Shown here: positions 1-11,100 of the stretch, piece after piece
Layout: each line of letters starts with the position of its first letter
Position numbering within the stretch: the first letter of the stretch is position 1
Source: Octopus sinensis
Lineage: Eukaryota
DNA length: 64,000 bases
Direction of reading: 5' to 3'
Assembly (NCBI RefSeq): GCF_006345805.1
Contig: NC_043003.1
Location: 105,462,001 to 105,526,000, forward strand
Translations under genes and position numbers: made by a program
The notes under the pieces: model-generated
What the model was told of the DNA's origin: nothing
The model's database searches: none
What the model saw: only the letters and a program-made list of their open reading frames with translations

Positions 1-245
1 TTTCTTATATTTAAAGTAATTGAAAGAAACACAGAGTATCTGAAGAGAAATACAGTAACGAAAGGGTTGGTTGGAAAAAGTCTCCGTCTCATGTCTGTCC
101 TCCGAAGGAAGATAATTCTGTTTTTATTTGGTATTTATCTCCTCTCTCTCTCTATGAAAGACCATGAAGTTCTTCCACCTGATGACGGGTTTTAATTTTA
201 ATCCTGCAGTTGAATTGTGTGACTGCTGTGCATATGCTTCTAAAT

Positions 246-400
246 GTGTACGGCCTAGGGGTTAGGTTGTTGCACTCGTCATTCCAAGATCATGCTTTCA
301 ATTCCCGGACCACGCAGTGTGTTGTGTTCTTGAATAAGACCCTTCATTCCACGTTACTCCAGTCCACTCAACTGTCAAAAACGAGTCACCTCGTAGCAGA
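246..400 (+). mobile_element. tRNA-headed SINE fragment with CORE-like box
   Basis: A-box-like ggcctaggggttagg, B-box-like ttcaattcc, then ttcttgaataagacccttcattccacgttactccagtccactc; related copies at ~23460-23760 and ~32440-32720. Confidence 0.6.
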
Positions 401-665
401 TTGACGTCATGTTTAGGGGAAAGATTTTGGTCACTTATAAGTCATGGAAACCAAGAAAGGGGTCCTATGAACCCTAGGACTTAGTAATGTCTCAGGGACT
501 ATTTTTTACTGAACATATAAGGACTACGGATGGCAGCCAAAGTTACTTTACAGCTGTTACACCACAGTCAATTCTGAGTTCAAACACAGCCAGACTCAAC
601 TTTTCTCTTCATACTTCAGGAAGGAAATAACAATTAAGTACAAGACTTTATTCTTTGCAGTATTT

Positions 666-885
666 CATCATCATCATCATCATCATTTAGCGTCCGCTTT
701 CCATGCTAGCATGGGTTGGACAGTCCAACTGGGGTCTGGGAAGCCAGACGGCTGCACCAGGCCCAGTCTGATCTGGCAATGTTTCTACGGCTGGATGCCC
801 TTCCTAACGCCAACCACTCCGTGAGTGTAGTGGGTGCTTTTTACGTGCCACCGGCACGGAGGCCAGTCGGGGCGGCGCTGGCAGC
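666..885 (-). mobile_element. 5'-truncated RTE-clade LINE 3' UTR with (GAT)n tail
   Basis: (CAT)n then cgtccgctttccatgctagcatgggttgga...ggatgcccttcctaacgccaacc; same family recurs about 20 times in the window. Confidence 0.8.
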
Positions 886-1147
886 TGCATATTTTAGTAC
901 CTAGTTTTTGAACCCTGTTGAGATCAACCTTACTTTCTGGAATTGGTAAAATATGTCCCAGTCAAATAGAGAGGATAATTTACCCCCCCCCCCCTCAATT
1001 TGTGGCCGTGCATGCAAGTGTGTACAGTAATCCCTCGCCATTTGCAGTTTATTATTTAAGCTTATGTTGATTCTTCTGTCGTGTTTTGCATTTATAATAA
1101 AATAAATATATGCAAATTATAAAAATAATTTTAAAAAATATACAGGT

Positions 1148-1543
1148 GCAGGAGTGTCTGTGTGGTAAGTAGCTTGCATACCAACCACATGGTTCCAGGT
1201 TCAGTCCCACTTCATGGCACCTTGGGCAAGTGTCTTCTGCTATAGTCTCGGGCCAACCAAAGCCTTGTGAGTGGATTTGGTAGAAGGAAACTGAAAGAAG
1301 CCCATTGTACATAAATATATGTGTGTCTGTGTTTGTCCCCCCCACCATCGCTTGACAACCAATGCTGGTGTGTTTACGTCCCTGTAACTTAGCAGTTCAG
1401 CAAAAGAGACCGATAGAATAAGTACTAGGCTTCCAAAGAATAAGTACTAGGCTTCCAAAGAATAAGTCCTGGGGTCGATTTGCTCAACTAAAGGCAGTGC
1501 TCCAGCATGGCCGCTGTCAATATGACTGAAACAAAAGAATAAA
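1148..1543 (+). mobile_element. tRNA-derived SINE, family A (ggagtggctgtgtggtaag head)
   Basis: A/B boxes, cttgggcaagtgtctt CORE-like box, internal (TA/TG)n, 3' tccagcatggcc...aatgactgaaac; carries a local 22-bp duplication at ~1415-1460. Confidence 0.85.
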
Positions 1544-2098
1544 ATGTACCGTTTCTGTTTCGCAGATTTCCACCTATCATGGGGTGGTTTTGCAATGTGA
1601 CACCCGTGATAGTTGAGGGATTATTGTTATTGTAATTTTCAAGTTAGCAATTGAATGGTAAAATCAGAAGAGAAGATTCCACACAGTTTCTACAAATGCA
1701 TTTAAACATAAGAAAGGATATAGTTTACATTACGGTATTTAGTTTCATTCATATTTTAAAATTTAAATCCTGCTGGCATAAACTTTGGCATATTTCTCAT
1801 TGAGATTGATAAAATTGGTTCTAATTAATTTGGTGGTGTCAATTAAATCAATTATTTATCCAGCTGATAACAGTTTGTAGATGATTAATAAATCATCATG
1901 GAAGGTTTGCAGAAATGGTAATGCAGTAAGAATTCGGTTTTGTTCATTTACATTCTTGAGTTTAACTTCTCTTGGAGTCAATTTTATCTTTCATCTCTCC
2001 AGAATCATCATCATCCTCGTTTAACGTCTGACTTCCTTGCTGCTATGGGTGGGATGGTTTGACAGGAGGCAGAAGCTTGCACCAGGCTTCTGTTACTG

Positions 2099-2940
2099 TT
2101 TTGGCAGGATTTTTACAGCTGGATGCCCTTCCTAACACCAACAACTCAGCAGAGTGGACTTACTGCTTTTTATGTGGCACAAGCACAAGCGAGGTCAGTT
2201 TTGGCAAGGTTTTTACAGCTGGATGCCCTTCCTAACACCAACAACTCAGCAGAGTGGACTTACTGCTTTTTATGTGGCACAAGCACAAGCGAGGTCAGTT
2301 TTGGCAAGGTTTTTACAGCTGGATGCCCTTCCTAACACCAACAACTCAGCAGAGTGGACTTACTGCTTTTTATGTGGCTCAAGCACAAGCGAGGTCAGTT
2401 TTGGCAAGGTTTTTACAGCTGGATGCCTTCCTAACACCAACAACTCAGCAGAGTGGACTTACTGCTTTTTATGTGGCACAAGCACAAGCGAGGTCAGTTT
2501 TGGCAAGGTTTTTACAGCTGGATGCCCTTCCTAACACCAACAACTCAGCAGAGTGGACTTACTGCTTTTTATGTGGCACAAGCACAAGCGAGGTCAGTTT
2601 TGGCAAGGTTTTTACAGCTGGATGCCCTTCCTAACACCAACAACTCAGCAGAGTGGACTTACTGCTTTTTATGTGGCACAAGCACAAGCGAGGTCAGTTT
2701 TGGCAAGGTTTTTACAGCTGGATGCCCTTCCTAACACCAACAACTCAGCAGAGTGGACTTACTGCTTTTTATGTGGCACAAGCACAAGCGAGGTCAGTTT
2801 TGGCAAGGTTTTTACAGCTGGATGCCCTTCCTAACACAACAACTCAGCAGAGTGGACTTACTGCTTTTTATGTGGCACAAGCACAAGCGAGGTCAGTTTT
2901 GGCAAGGTTTTTACAGCTGGATGCCCTTCCTAACACCAAC
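2099..2940. repeat. Tandem array of a ~100-bp unit (8 full copies plus a partial) derived from the RTE 3' UTR
   Basis: ggatgcc recurs at 2121, 2221, 2321, 2421, 2520, 2620, 2720, 2820, 2919; units differ only by a few single-base changes. Confidence 0.95.
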
Positions 2941-3527
2941 CACTTTACAGTGTTGACTGGAGGCGTTTTAAGTGGCACCTGCACTCTGATAGGGACACCA
3001 AGTACCTTGTTTGGTTCATTTCTTACATAATCTCTTAAAAATGGTAACCTTAAAGTCATAAATATGATTAGATTAGTGTTGAATGTAAATTCCTGGAAAG
3101 CAAAGTCTATTTTTTTTGTTTCAATTCCGAAAAAAAAAATATTTCTCTAGTAAAACAGTAGAATCTTTGTTTTGTGTTAGGGAAAAGTTAATTCAAATAC
3201 TTGAAATAGCGGATTGTGTTTTATGCCACAAGGAAGCAAAGAAAGAAAAATTAGCGAGAAGGCCTTTCGCTGTGGGAATAGACTCAGGTGAAAATTCTAG
3301 GCCAAATGTGTGAATGCAGAAATTTGCATTTATTAATATAGATGCACGCGAACACACGAATACAAAACAGGTTGGGGGGGGGGAGATAAAGTTTAATTGC
3401 AAAAAGACAGGTGAAGGGAAGTAACTCTTTAAAATTCGATGAATGGAGGTCGGTGAGTAGCAGACAAAAGCAGCTCGTTAGCAATTGATGTATAAATGTT
3501 AGAAGGGCAAAAGCGCAGCCCACCTAC

Positions 3528-3718
3528 CTCGCAGGTCCTGCTGTGTTGTCGATCTTGTCCAGGTGAGATATATTGGTGAGACCCTTACCTGCTTAATTTC
3601 TGGCCAGAACCTGATTCAAATTCATCCAACTCATACGACCACCACCGTCTGTCCCAAGCTGCAGCTCTAAACTAAAAAAAGGACCAATCTAGTCGTCCTT
3701 CTGCTCATGTGACGTCAC
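3528..3718 (-). promoter_or_regulatory. Possible promoter / 5' exon of a leftward (divergent) transcript
   Basis: Unique, relatively GC-rich stretch with palindromic CRE GTGACGTCAC (3709-3718), CCAAT (3684-3688) and two minus-strand donors, CAG|GTAAGG (intron starts 3588) and GAG|GTAGGT (3527). No supporting downstream exon found. Confidence 0.3.
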
Positions 3719-3845
3719 TGATTCTAAAAGCAGCAAGGCTTCCCCCTTCCCAGCCCCACAAATAATTTACTGAGGCTCTGTGTCTGGAAAAATCACGATC
3801 AGGAAGGGATTCTTGGAAAGTTCTGTTGTTCAATTCCATCAAGTA

Positions 3846-4160
3846 CAGTAACTGATATATATATATATATACATAAAAGTTACTATATATATAATATATA
3901 TCAGTTACTATTTATAAATATATATATATCAGTTACTATTTATAATATATATATATATCAGTTACTATATATAAATATATATTATATATATAAAAGTTAC
4001 TATATATATATAAATATATATATATAAAAGTTACTAATATATATATATAAATATATATATATATAAAAGTTACTATATATATATATATATATATATAAAA
4101 GTTACTAATATATATATATCAGTTACTATATATAAATATATATATATATATCAGTTACTG
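3846..4160. repeat. (TA)n-rich foldback element with CAGTAACTGA termini, TA flanks and ~10 internal AGTTAC units
   Basis: TA|CAGTAACTGATATA at 3844-3859 is the reverse complement of TATATCAGTTACTG|TA at 4147-4162. Confidence 0.7.
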
Positions 4161-4364
4161 TATATATATATATATATATATATACATACAAAATATTGGT
4201 GTTCACAGATGATCTAAACGATTATGTATACTAGGTAATTGCTGTAACAGATTACTAGGGCTTCAAGATGGTAGTTAAGGAGCCATTACAGATTTCCAAT
4301 ATAAACAATTGTATGTATATATATATCTCCCAGATGGAGACAAGTACCAATGTCCCTATGTTGC

Positions 4365-4760
4365 AGGCATGAAGCCATTGGTAGCCTTGTTAATGTGAAG
4401 ACTCAGCAGAGAAATGATTGAAGAACAATATTGATTATCAAACACGGCCGATGCCAGCATGAAGCCATTGGTAGGCTTGTAACCCACAAATAAAGTGTAC
4501 AAGTATACACACACCCATTTATATATAGTTTAAAAAAAAAAGGAGACAAAAAACAACAACACTGCAAAGACATGGTACAGGCAAAGTATTATGATACTCA
4601 GGGAAGGAAAGAAAGGGTGTTTTGTGTTTCAAGCAAAGCTCTTCTTCAGAAACAGAGACAGATGAAAGTCCATATATGCATACATATACACACACATTTA
4701 TTTGTGGGTTAACAAGCCTACCATTGGTTTCGGGCTGAGAATACCCAGAAATTATCAAAT
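4365..4760. mobile_element. Penelope-like element terminal relic with inverted ends and decayed hammerhead motifs
   Basis: 4461-4498 is inverted at 4694-4731; minus-strand tgtttCTGAAGAagagctttgcttGAAACacaaaaca at ~4618-4654. Confidence 0.6.
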
Positions 4761-5003
4761 GTGCCTCATTACTGATAACGAACAGCTACTGAACACCTAG
4801 GCTAAGATTTGAAAGTGAATCCACATTTTTCCACATTGTCAAATAAGTCCTCAGTCTTTCTGCACTAAGAGATTAATGAGAGTGATTTGACCACTTGGAC
4901 CTTTTTTGAGACATTCCTGGGGTCAAAACTGATAAAATGAAGAATTCCATTGTTTTAGCTTGACCTAATTTAATTAGAGAAGTTACGAAGACACAAGCAA
5001 ATA

Positions 5004-5237
5004 TCTATTTCTTTACTACCCACACGGAGCTAAACACAGAGGAGGACAAACAAGGACAGACAAACGGATTAAGTCGATTACATCGACCCCAGTGCGTAAC
5101 TGGTACTTATTTAATTGACCCCGAAAGGATGAAAGGCAAAGTCGACCTCAGCGGAATTTGAACTCAGAACGTAACGGCAGACGAAATACAGCTAAGCATT
5201 TCACCCGGCATGCAAACGTTTCTGCTAGCTCACCGCT
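5004..5237 (-). mobile_element. tRNA-derived SINE, family B (ggtggcgagctggcagaa head)
   Basis: Diagnostic ctcagaacg / gaggtcgactttgcctttcatcc / aagtaccagttacgcactggggtcgat blocks; other copies at ~25490-25700(+), 28220-28440(+), 28596-28745(-), 29190-29400(+), 52762-52990(-), 58230-58350(+). Confidence 0.85.
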
Positions 5238-5825
5238 GTGAAATATCAGTTGATCTCTTTAGGTAATCCAGCACCGAGCTGAGGAGAAAGCTTTTCCTTT
5301 CTCTTTGTGGTCAACCCATCTCCAGTCAAGGGCTAAGTTGATTAATGTTTGCAAAGTTAGACCTCTTATCATTTCTATTTGCATACAATCCTTTTATTCT
5401 GTCTTTCTCTCTAGAAGTCACAGAGATTAACACATAAAGCACGATGAGCCATGATTGTGGGTGTTAGGCACAGGTCAACTGGCCACAATTGTGGTCCAGA
5501 TAAATGCATTTAATTTATGGACGTTTGTTGGGGTCTAATGTCACTCGAACGCTCCGATACTCCCCAGAATGCAAGAGGACTATTAGTTCAATTAATAAAT
5601 TTTCTGATGATGTAAAACTTGCCACCATTATATACTAAGAAGATATTTTAACTATTTTGGGTTTTTGTGCATGGTAGTCTCACTTTCATAAAATTTGCTC
5701 GGCAGTACATGCTATGTAAGAGCAAACCCCAGCGTTTCATGGGTTAAATTAACTACTGTCATGCAGAATGAACTGGAGATTTACAAACAAGCTGTCTACA
5801 TGCAAACAACTTGACAAAGTTGTAT

Positions 5826-6280
5826 CATCATCATCATCATCGTTTAACGTCCATTTTCCACGCTGGCATGGGTTGGACAGTTTAATTGGAGACTGGCGAG
5901 CCAAGAGGTTGCACCAGGCTCTTGTCTGATCCACCAGTGTTTCTACAGCTGGATGCCCTTCATAACACCAACTGTTCCAAGAGTAGTTTTTTTTACGTGC
6001 CACCGGCACAGGGTTCAGAGGGGACTGGCATCGACCACGATTGGATGGTGCTTTTTACATACCACTGGCACGGGAGCCAGTGAAGGCAGTGCTGGCATCG
6101 GCCGTGTTCAAATGGTGCTTTTTATGTGCCACTGGCACAGGGATCACAATTACAATTTCCATTTGATTTTGATGTACTTGACTCAATAGGTCTCCTCAAG
6201 CACGGCATGTCCCCCTACGACCCAAGGTACTTTTTGAGTGGGCTGGTTATGCGACACTGGTGTAGGTTACAGCTGTGAAC
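5826..6280 (-). mobile_element. RTE LINE 3' fragment (long 3' UTR)
   Basis: (CAT)n start on +, modular ggtgctttttacgtgccac units, tcaataggtctcctcaagcac block shared with 59978-60750. Confidence 0.75.
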
Positions 6281-6692
6281 TAGTGTAACGATTAATATTA
6301 TAATCAACTTAATAAACGACCATCTTGATAATTAATATTGTTATTCAATCATTTCTCTGCTGCATCTTCACATTAAATTCCATCGTTACATACTCATTTA
6401 TGTCAAACTACAACTAAACAGATCTGGCAGAAGTGAACAGAAGTCACTGACAATAATAAAATAGGAGGAAATTAAAATAAAAAAAAAACAATAACAGCAT
6501 TTGGTATACATTGGTGCTAACATTCACAGATAATTATTAGAATTACTCTCTTAAACCTTACACATTATGTTTGTTAATTTATTTTTGAATGGGGAAGAGA
6601 GTCTGAAGAAAAGGTTGTGTCCATGGTCTTTACCTTCTCTCCTGAGACCAGAACATGAGATTATCAAAGGAATTCTATCAATAACTCGTTTC

Positions 6693-7497
6693 GGATCTTT
6701 TCCTTTTGAACGGCACTTTGTAACATAATTTCTAGGTAACTAAAAAGTTTTAAACTTCGTATACTGGTAGAATGTGTTTATAAAACATCATTTTTTCTTG
6801 GCTTTATTGAGAAAATTCTATAGTTTGTAAGATATTTCGTCTTTAATTTCGAGCATTTCGGCAATTTTAACCTATCGCTGACCTCCATTTAGGTAAATAA
6901 CATTCTGTGCATAATGAATATGTCCCTCGTTTAAGAAACAGATTGGGTTTATTTACATTTGTGAAGAAAAAAAGATACCCTTCCCCAACCCCTAACCCTA
7001 ACCCTAAATCAGATTGAAATTCAATAGATTGATACTAGGGCCATAATTATAGGTGACATTTTCATTTGACACTGCTAGAAAAAAATCCCATTTTCCGTAG
7101 CGGTGTCGTATGAAATTGTCACCCATAATTATAACCCTAGTATCGATCTATTGCATTTCAATCTATTTTAGATTTAGGGTTAGAGTTAGGGTTGGTTAGG
7201 GGTAGGGGAAGGGTATCTTTTTTCTTCACAAATGTAAATAAACCCAATCTGTTTCTTAAACGAGGGACATATTCATTATGCACAGAATGTTATTTACCTA
7301 AATGGAGGTCAGCGATTGGTTAAAATTGCCGAAATGCTCGAAATTAAAGACGAAATATGTTACAACATATAGAATTTTCTCAATAAAGCCAAGAAAAAAT
7401 GATGTTTTATAAACACATTCTACCAGTATACGAAGTTTAAAACTTTTTAGTTACCTAGAAATTATGCAACAAAGTGCCGTTCAAAAGGAAAAGATCC
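6693..7497. mobile_element. 805-bp foldback MITE with ~380-bp TIRs and 8-bp TSD (CTCGTTTC); Merlin-like
   Basis: Arms GGATCTTTTCCTTTTGAACGGCAC... and ...GTGCCGTTCAAAAGGAAAAGATCC; CTCGTTTC at 6685-6692 and 7498-7505. GG termini with an 8-bp TSD fit Merlin (superfamily inferred). Each arm has a short (TAACCC)n tract. Confidence 0.85.
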
Positions 7498-7807
7498 CTC
7501 GTTTCTGTTTTTATGTGCTACCCATGTTACTTATTTGGATAACATTTATTTCTGTTGTATTTGAGGAAATTTTGGCTGTTCAAACAAGAGAACGTGACAT
7601 TTTAGTCTATGAAGAATTATTAAAAAATGTTTCCCTACAAATATATTTTAGAAACGAAGTATTGTTATTTTACTCTAACAAATATTATAGTTGGTTACAA
7701 ACATTGTTGTAAAGATTTATAACGAGAATAATTTTGATTTCTGTCAACTATGAATATTCGGCCCAATATTCACGGGGGACAGATATGGAAAACCGGTTAG
7801 TTTTGGT

Positions 7808-8101
7808 ATGACACCGGTAATCACTAAGAGTTGCCAAGTAAACAAAGACAACATGGAGGATACAAGTGACAACCAGAGTTCTCGAAAGTTGCCTCCAATA
7901 TCACCCCGGTCTCTCCCTTTAACAAAACCACCCCGTTCGACATCGAAGGGCAAAGTGAATGAAAGTTTTACAAAATCCCCACCTTTGAAAGAGAAACCAA
8001 TTCCCTCCCCGCGCAGAAATAGCCGCCAGTTGCCCCCTTTGCAGGCCTCGAACGAAAGCATCTCTGAAACAGCAACTAAGAAGAAAAAGAAGAAAAAGGT
8101 T
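7808..8101 (+). CDS. TMEM237: TMEM237 coding exon 1 (start at ATG 7808 or, more likely, ATG 7853)
   Basis: ORF ...MEDTSDNQSSRKLPPISPRSLP...KKKKKKKV ends at donor GTT|GTAAGT (intron starts 8102). ATG 7853 has the better Kozak context (aacATGG). Confidence 0.75.
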
Positions 8102-11100
8102 GTAAGTGTTAATGTATACTTTGTAAGTGTTAATATATTTATTGGATTGATGTGTCTCAAATAGTTGCTCGTGGATAAAAGAAGAAAGGACTCCCTCGTT
8201 GTTTCCAAATGTAGGATACAAACACAATTTGGAAAGATCTCCACAAAAAATGGGAACTCGTAACGTACGCTGGCGTTTCTTTATGACTTGATAAAATTGT
8301 TAGAGAAAAAATAATTCTGAAGTTTCAGGCAAATCTCTTTATTTTCGGAGACCATCAGTAATCTTCTTAAAATGTTAGTTTGTGGATCTGGTCCACTGGC
8401 CAAGAATAGGGGTTTTCAGTGAAAGTTTCGTCAGTTTGCATCTCGTTATTGGCACTGTGTTGTTTTCACCGAAACAAACCATTGCTGGTTCAGTGAATTG
8501 GGGCAGAAATGTGGAAGAGACAAAATTCTGAGTTGGACGACGTTTAATAAATTACTCACTCTCCCGATAAACTAAACAATCTTAATAGAAAGAAAATTAG
8601 GTAAACAATGTAGTTAAGCTTTATGATAATTCAATAATTATTAAATTGAAACCATCGTCATTTAATATCCATTTTTCCCCATGGCTGACATGGTTGGATG
8701 GTTTCATAGAAGCTGGCAAGCTGCACCAGGCTCCAGTTATCTGTTTTGGCATGGTTTCTATGGCTGGATGCTCTTCCTAATGCCAACCACTTTACAGAGT
8801 GTACTGGGTGCTTTTTATGTGGCGCCAGCACGGGAATGAAAATTAAAAAAGTTAATCTGAATAAGGAAATGTTCCCTCTCCCCATAAAATAAATAAATGA
8901 TAAATGTATAAAGAATTCGAACCACACCCAAATAAGTTTTGTGAACAATGCAGTAAATAGCCAAAGGAAATGGTGAGGATAGCAATCTTTACAGAACTGA
9001 AACAAACGAAGCTGTTTATGTTGTACAAACTTTGGCTGTTGTTGTTTTTGTAGGTCCACCCAAACTTGCTCCAATGGTTCTGTGGTAATTAGGTAGCTGA
9101 TTAAATATACCTCCACCTGATTGGGGGTCATACCCCACATTTCAACATGCAGAGAGGAATCATATGATGAGATACGGTGTGACGGTCTGGACATGTTACA
9201 GTCTCTTTACTGCTTAACACACAGACAGAATATTAATAAGAGGCATTGTCATCATAAAATGTCCAGTATTCCATGCTTGCATGGGTCAGGCGGAATTTTC
9301 ACTCAGGCAGATTTTCTACTGATGGATGACCTTATTGACATCAACTCTCACTTGCTTCCAAGCAAAGTGATATTTCTCCATGGCCTGACAGAACACTAGA
9401 AACACTCAGCATCACTTCCATGATGATGATGCTCAGTTCCAACTGTCAGGTGATTTCTAGACAAGGCTGCACTCAAATGCACACACATGATGGGCTTCTT
9501 CCAGTTTCCATCTACCAAATCCGCTTACAAGGCTTTGATGGACTTGGGGGTATTACACAGTGGGACCGAAGCCAAGACGGTATGGTTGGGAAGCAAGCTT
9601 CTTAACCTTGTGGCCATGTCTGCAGAGGAAAACAACTGCTGTGCTCCAGGTTCCCTTCAGCTGCTGCTGCTGCTGTGCTCCCCTCCCCCACTTCCCAAAA
9701 TCTGGTGGGTACAGAAATGAAATGAACAGCAGGGAGACTGAAATATGTTCTGAGACTCAGCCTGGAAGAGGCATAGTTTCAGCGGAAAAAAGATTTGTGG
9801 CTCTAGAACTGCTTGATATGAGCTGACTTGGGGACTCCCCCCCCCAGCACCACCACTACCAAACGAAAGCATAAGTAATTCATCACTTTAAGCAGTGGAA
9901 GCACTGTGGTATTGATGAGTGTTTCATTGATTTTCAGTGATGAGTTCAATCCTTACATTTGGCAAAGTATTAGAATTCTGATCTCATTGTAGTTAACTTT
10001 GCCAAATGTATATCTCTCTTTCTGTCTGTCTATCTATCTATCTATCTGTCTGTCTGTCTGTCTGTCTGCTTGTCTGTCTGTCTCATCATCATCATCATAT
10101 GTCTATCTTGCATGTTGGCATGGGTTGGAGGATTTGACAGGAGCCGACCAAGTGGAAGACTTACACGAGGCTATTGTGTCTGTTTTGGCAGGATTTTTAC
10201 AGTTGGATGCTCTTCCTAACACCAACCTCTCAGCAGAGTGGACTGAGTGCTTTTTATGTGGTACCAGCTGTGGTCAGTTTTTGGCATGGTTTTTATAGCT
10301 GGATGCCTTTCCAAATGCCAACCACTTGACATTTTATATATATACTTACATATATAAAATTCTTTTTGAGAATGTTAAATCTCAAAGCAGATAAAGCTAT
10401 AAATAATAGCATGTAAATATCATCATCATCATTGGGTTGGACAGTTTGACTGGGCTGGCATGCTGGTAAGCTGCACCAGACTCCAGTCTGATTTGGCAAA
10501 GTTTCTATGGCTGGATGCCCTTCCTAATGCCAACCACTCCAAGAGTGTAATGGGTGCTTTTACATGTCACCAGCATGACACTGGGGTGTGTTTATGTGTC
10601 ACTGGCACGGGTGCCAATTTATGTGACACTGCTATCTGCCATGGCTGTGATTTTGTTCAGCTTGATGGGTCTTCTTCCCAAGCATGACATAATGCCAAGG
10701 GTCTCAGTCATTGCCTCCATGAGGCCCACCACTTGAAAGGACGTTGGCCACTTTGCCTCCATCAGGCCCAACACTTTGCCTCTGTGAAGCCTAAAAAAAT
10801 TCTTGGGATAGAAAAAAATCAAAGACCTTTGCTATCCAAAGATAGATATTTACATATTAATTATAGCTTTATCTGCTTCAAGATCCAAAACAAGAATTAT
10901 TTCACATTCTCAAAGTTTCTGAATTCTCATGACATCTTCATCATCATCATTTAGTGTCCGTTTTCCATGCTGGCATGGGTTGGAAGGTTTGATAGGAGCT
11001 GGGAAGCCGGAGAGGTGCATCAGGCTCCATTTTTCTGTTTTGGCATGGTTTTTGATGCTAATCACTTTACAGAGTGCACTGGGTGCTTTTTGCATGGCTC

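Noticed and set aside
2099-2940. CRISPR-like array or repeat-encoded protein (ORFs 2123-3030)
   Set aside because: The units are fully repeated with no unique spacers, the context is eukaryotic, and the ORFs are read-throughs of a non-coding RTE UTR.
3581-3595. U1 snRNA 5' end (cttacctg)
   Set aside because: No further U1 similarity; it is simply the complement of a splice donor.
6284-6390. TGTAACGAT...ATCGTTACA as a solo LTR
   Set aside because: Only ~107 bp and the flanks (ctag / tact) give no TSD.
6982-7208. Interstitial telomere or chromosome fusion site
   Set aside because: The tracts are only 3-5 degenerate units and are symmetric parts of the MITE TIRs.
9054-9092. Extra TMEM237 exon in intron 1
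   Set aside because: The 31-nt version shifts the frame and the 39-nt version ends in TAG; the donors are weak.
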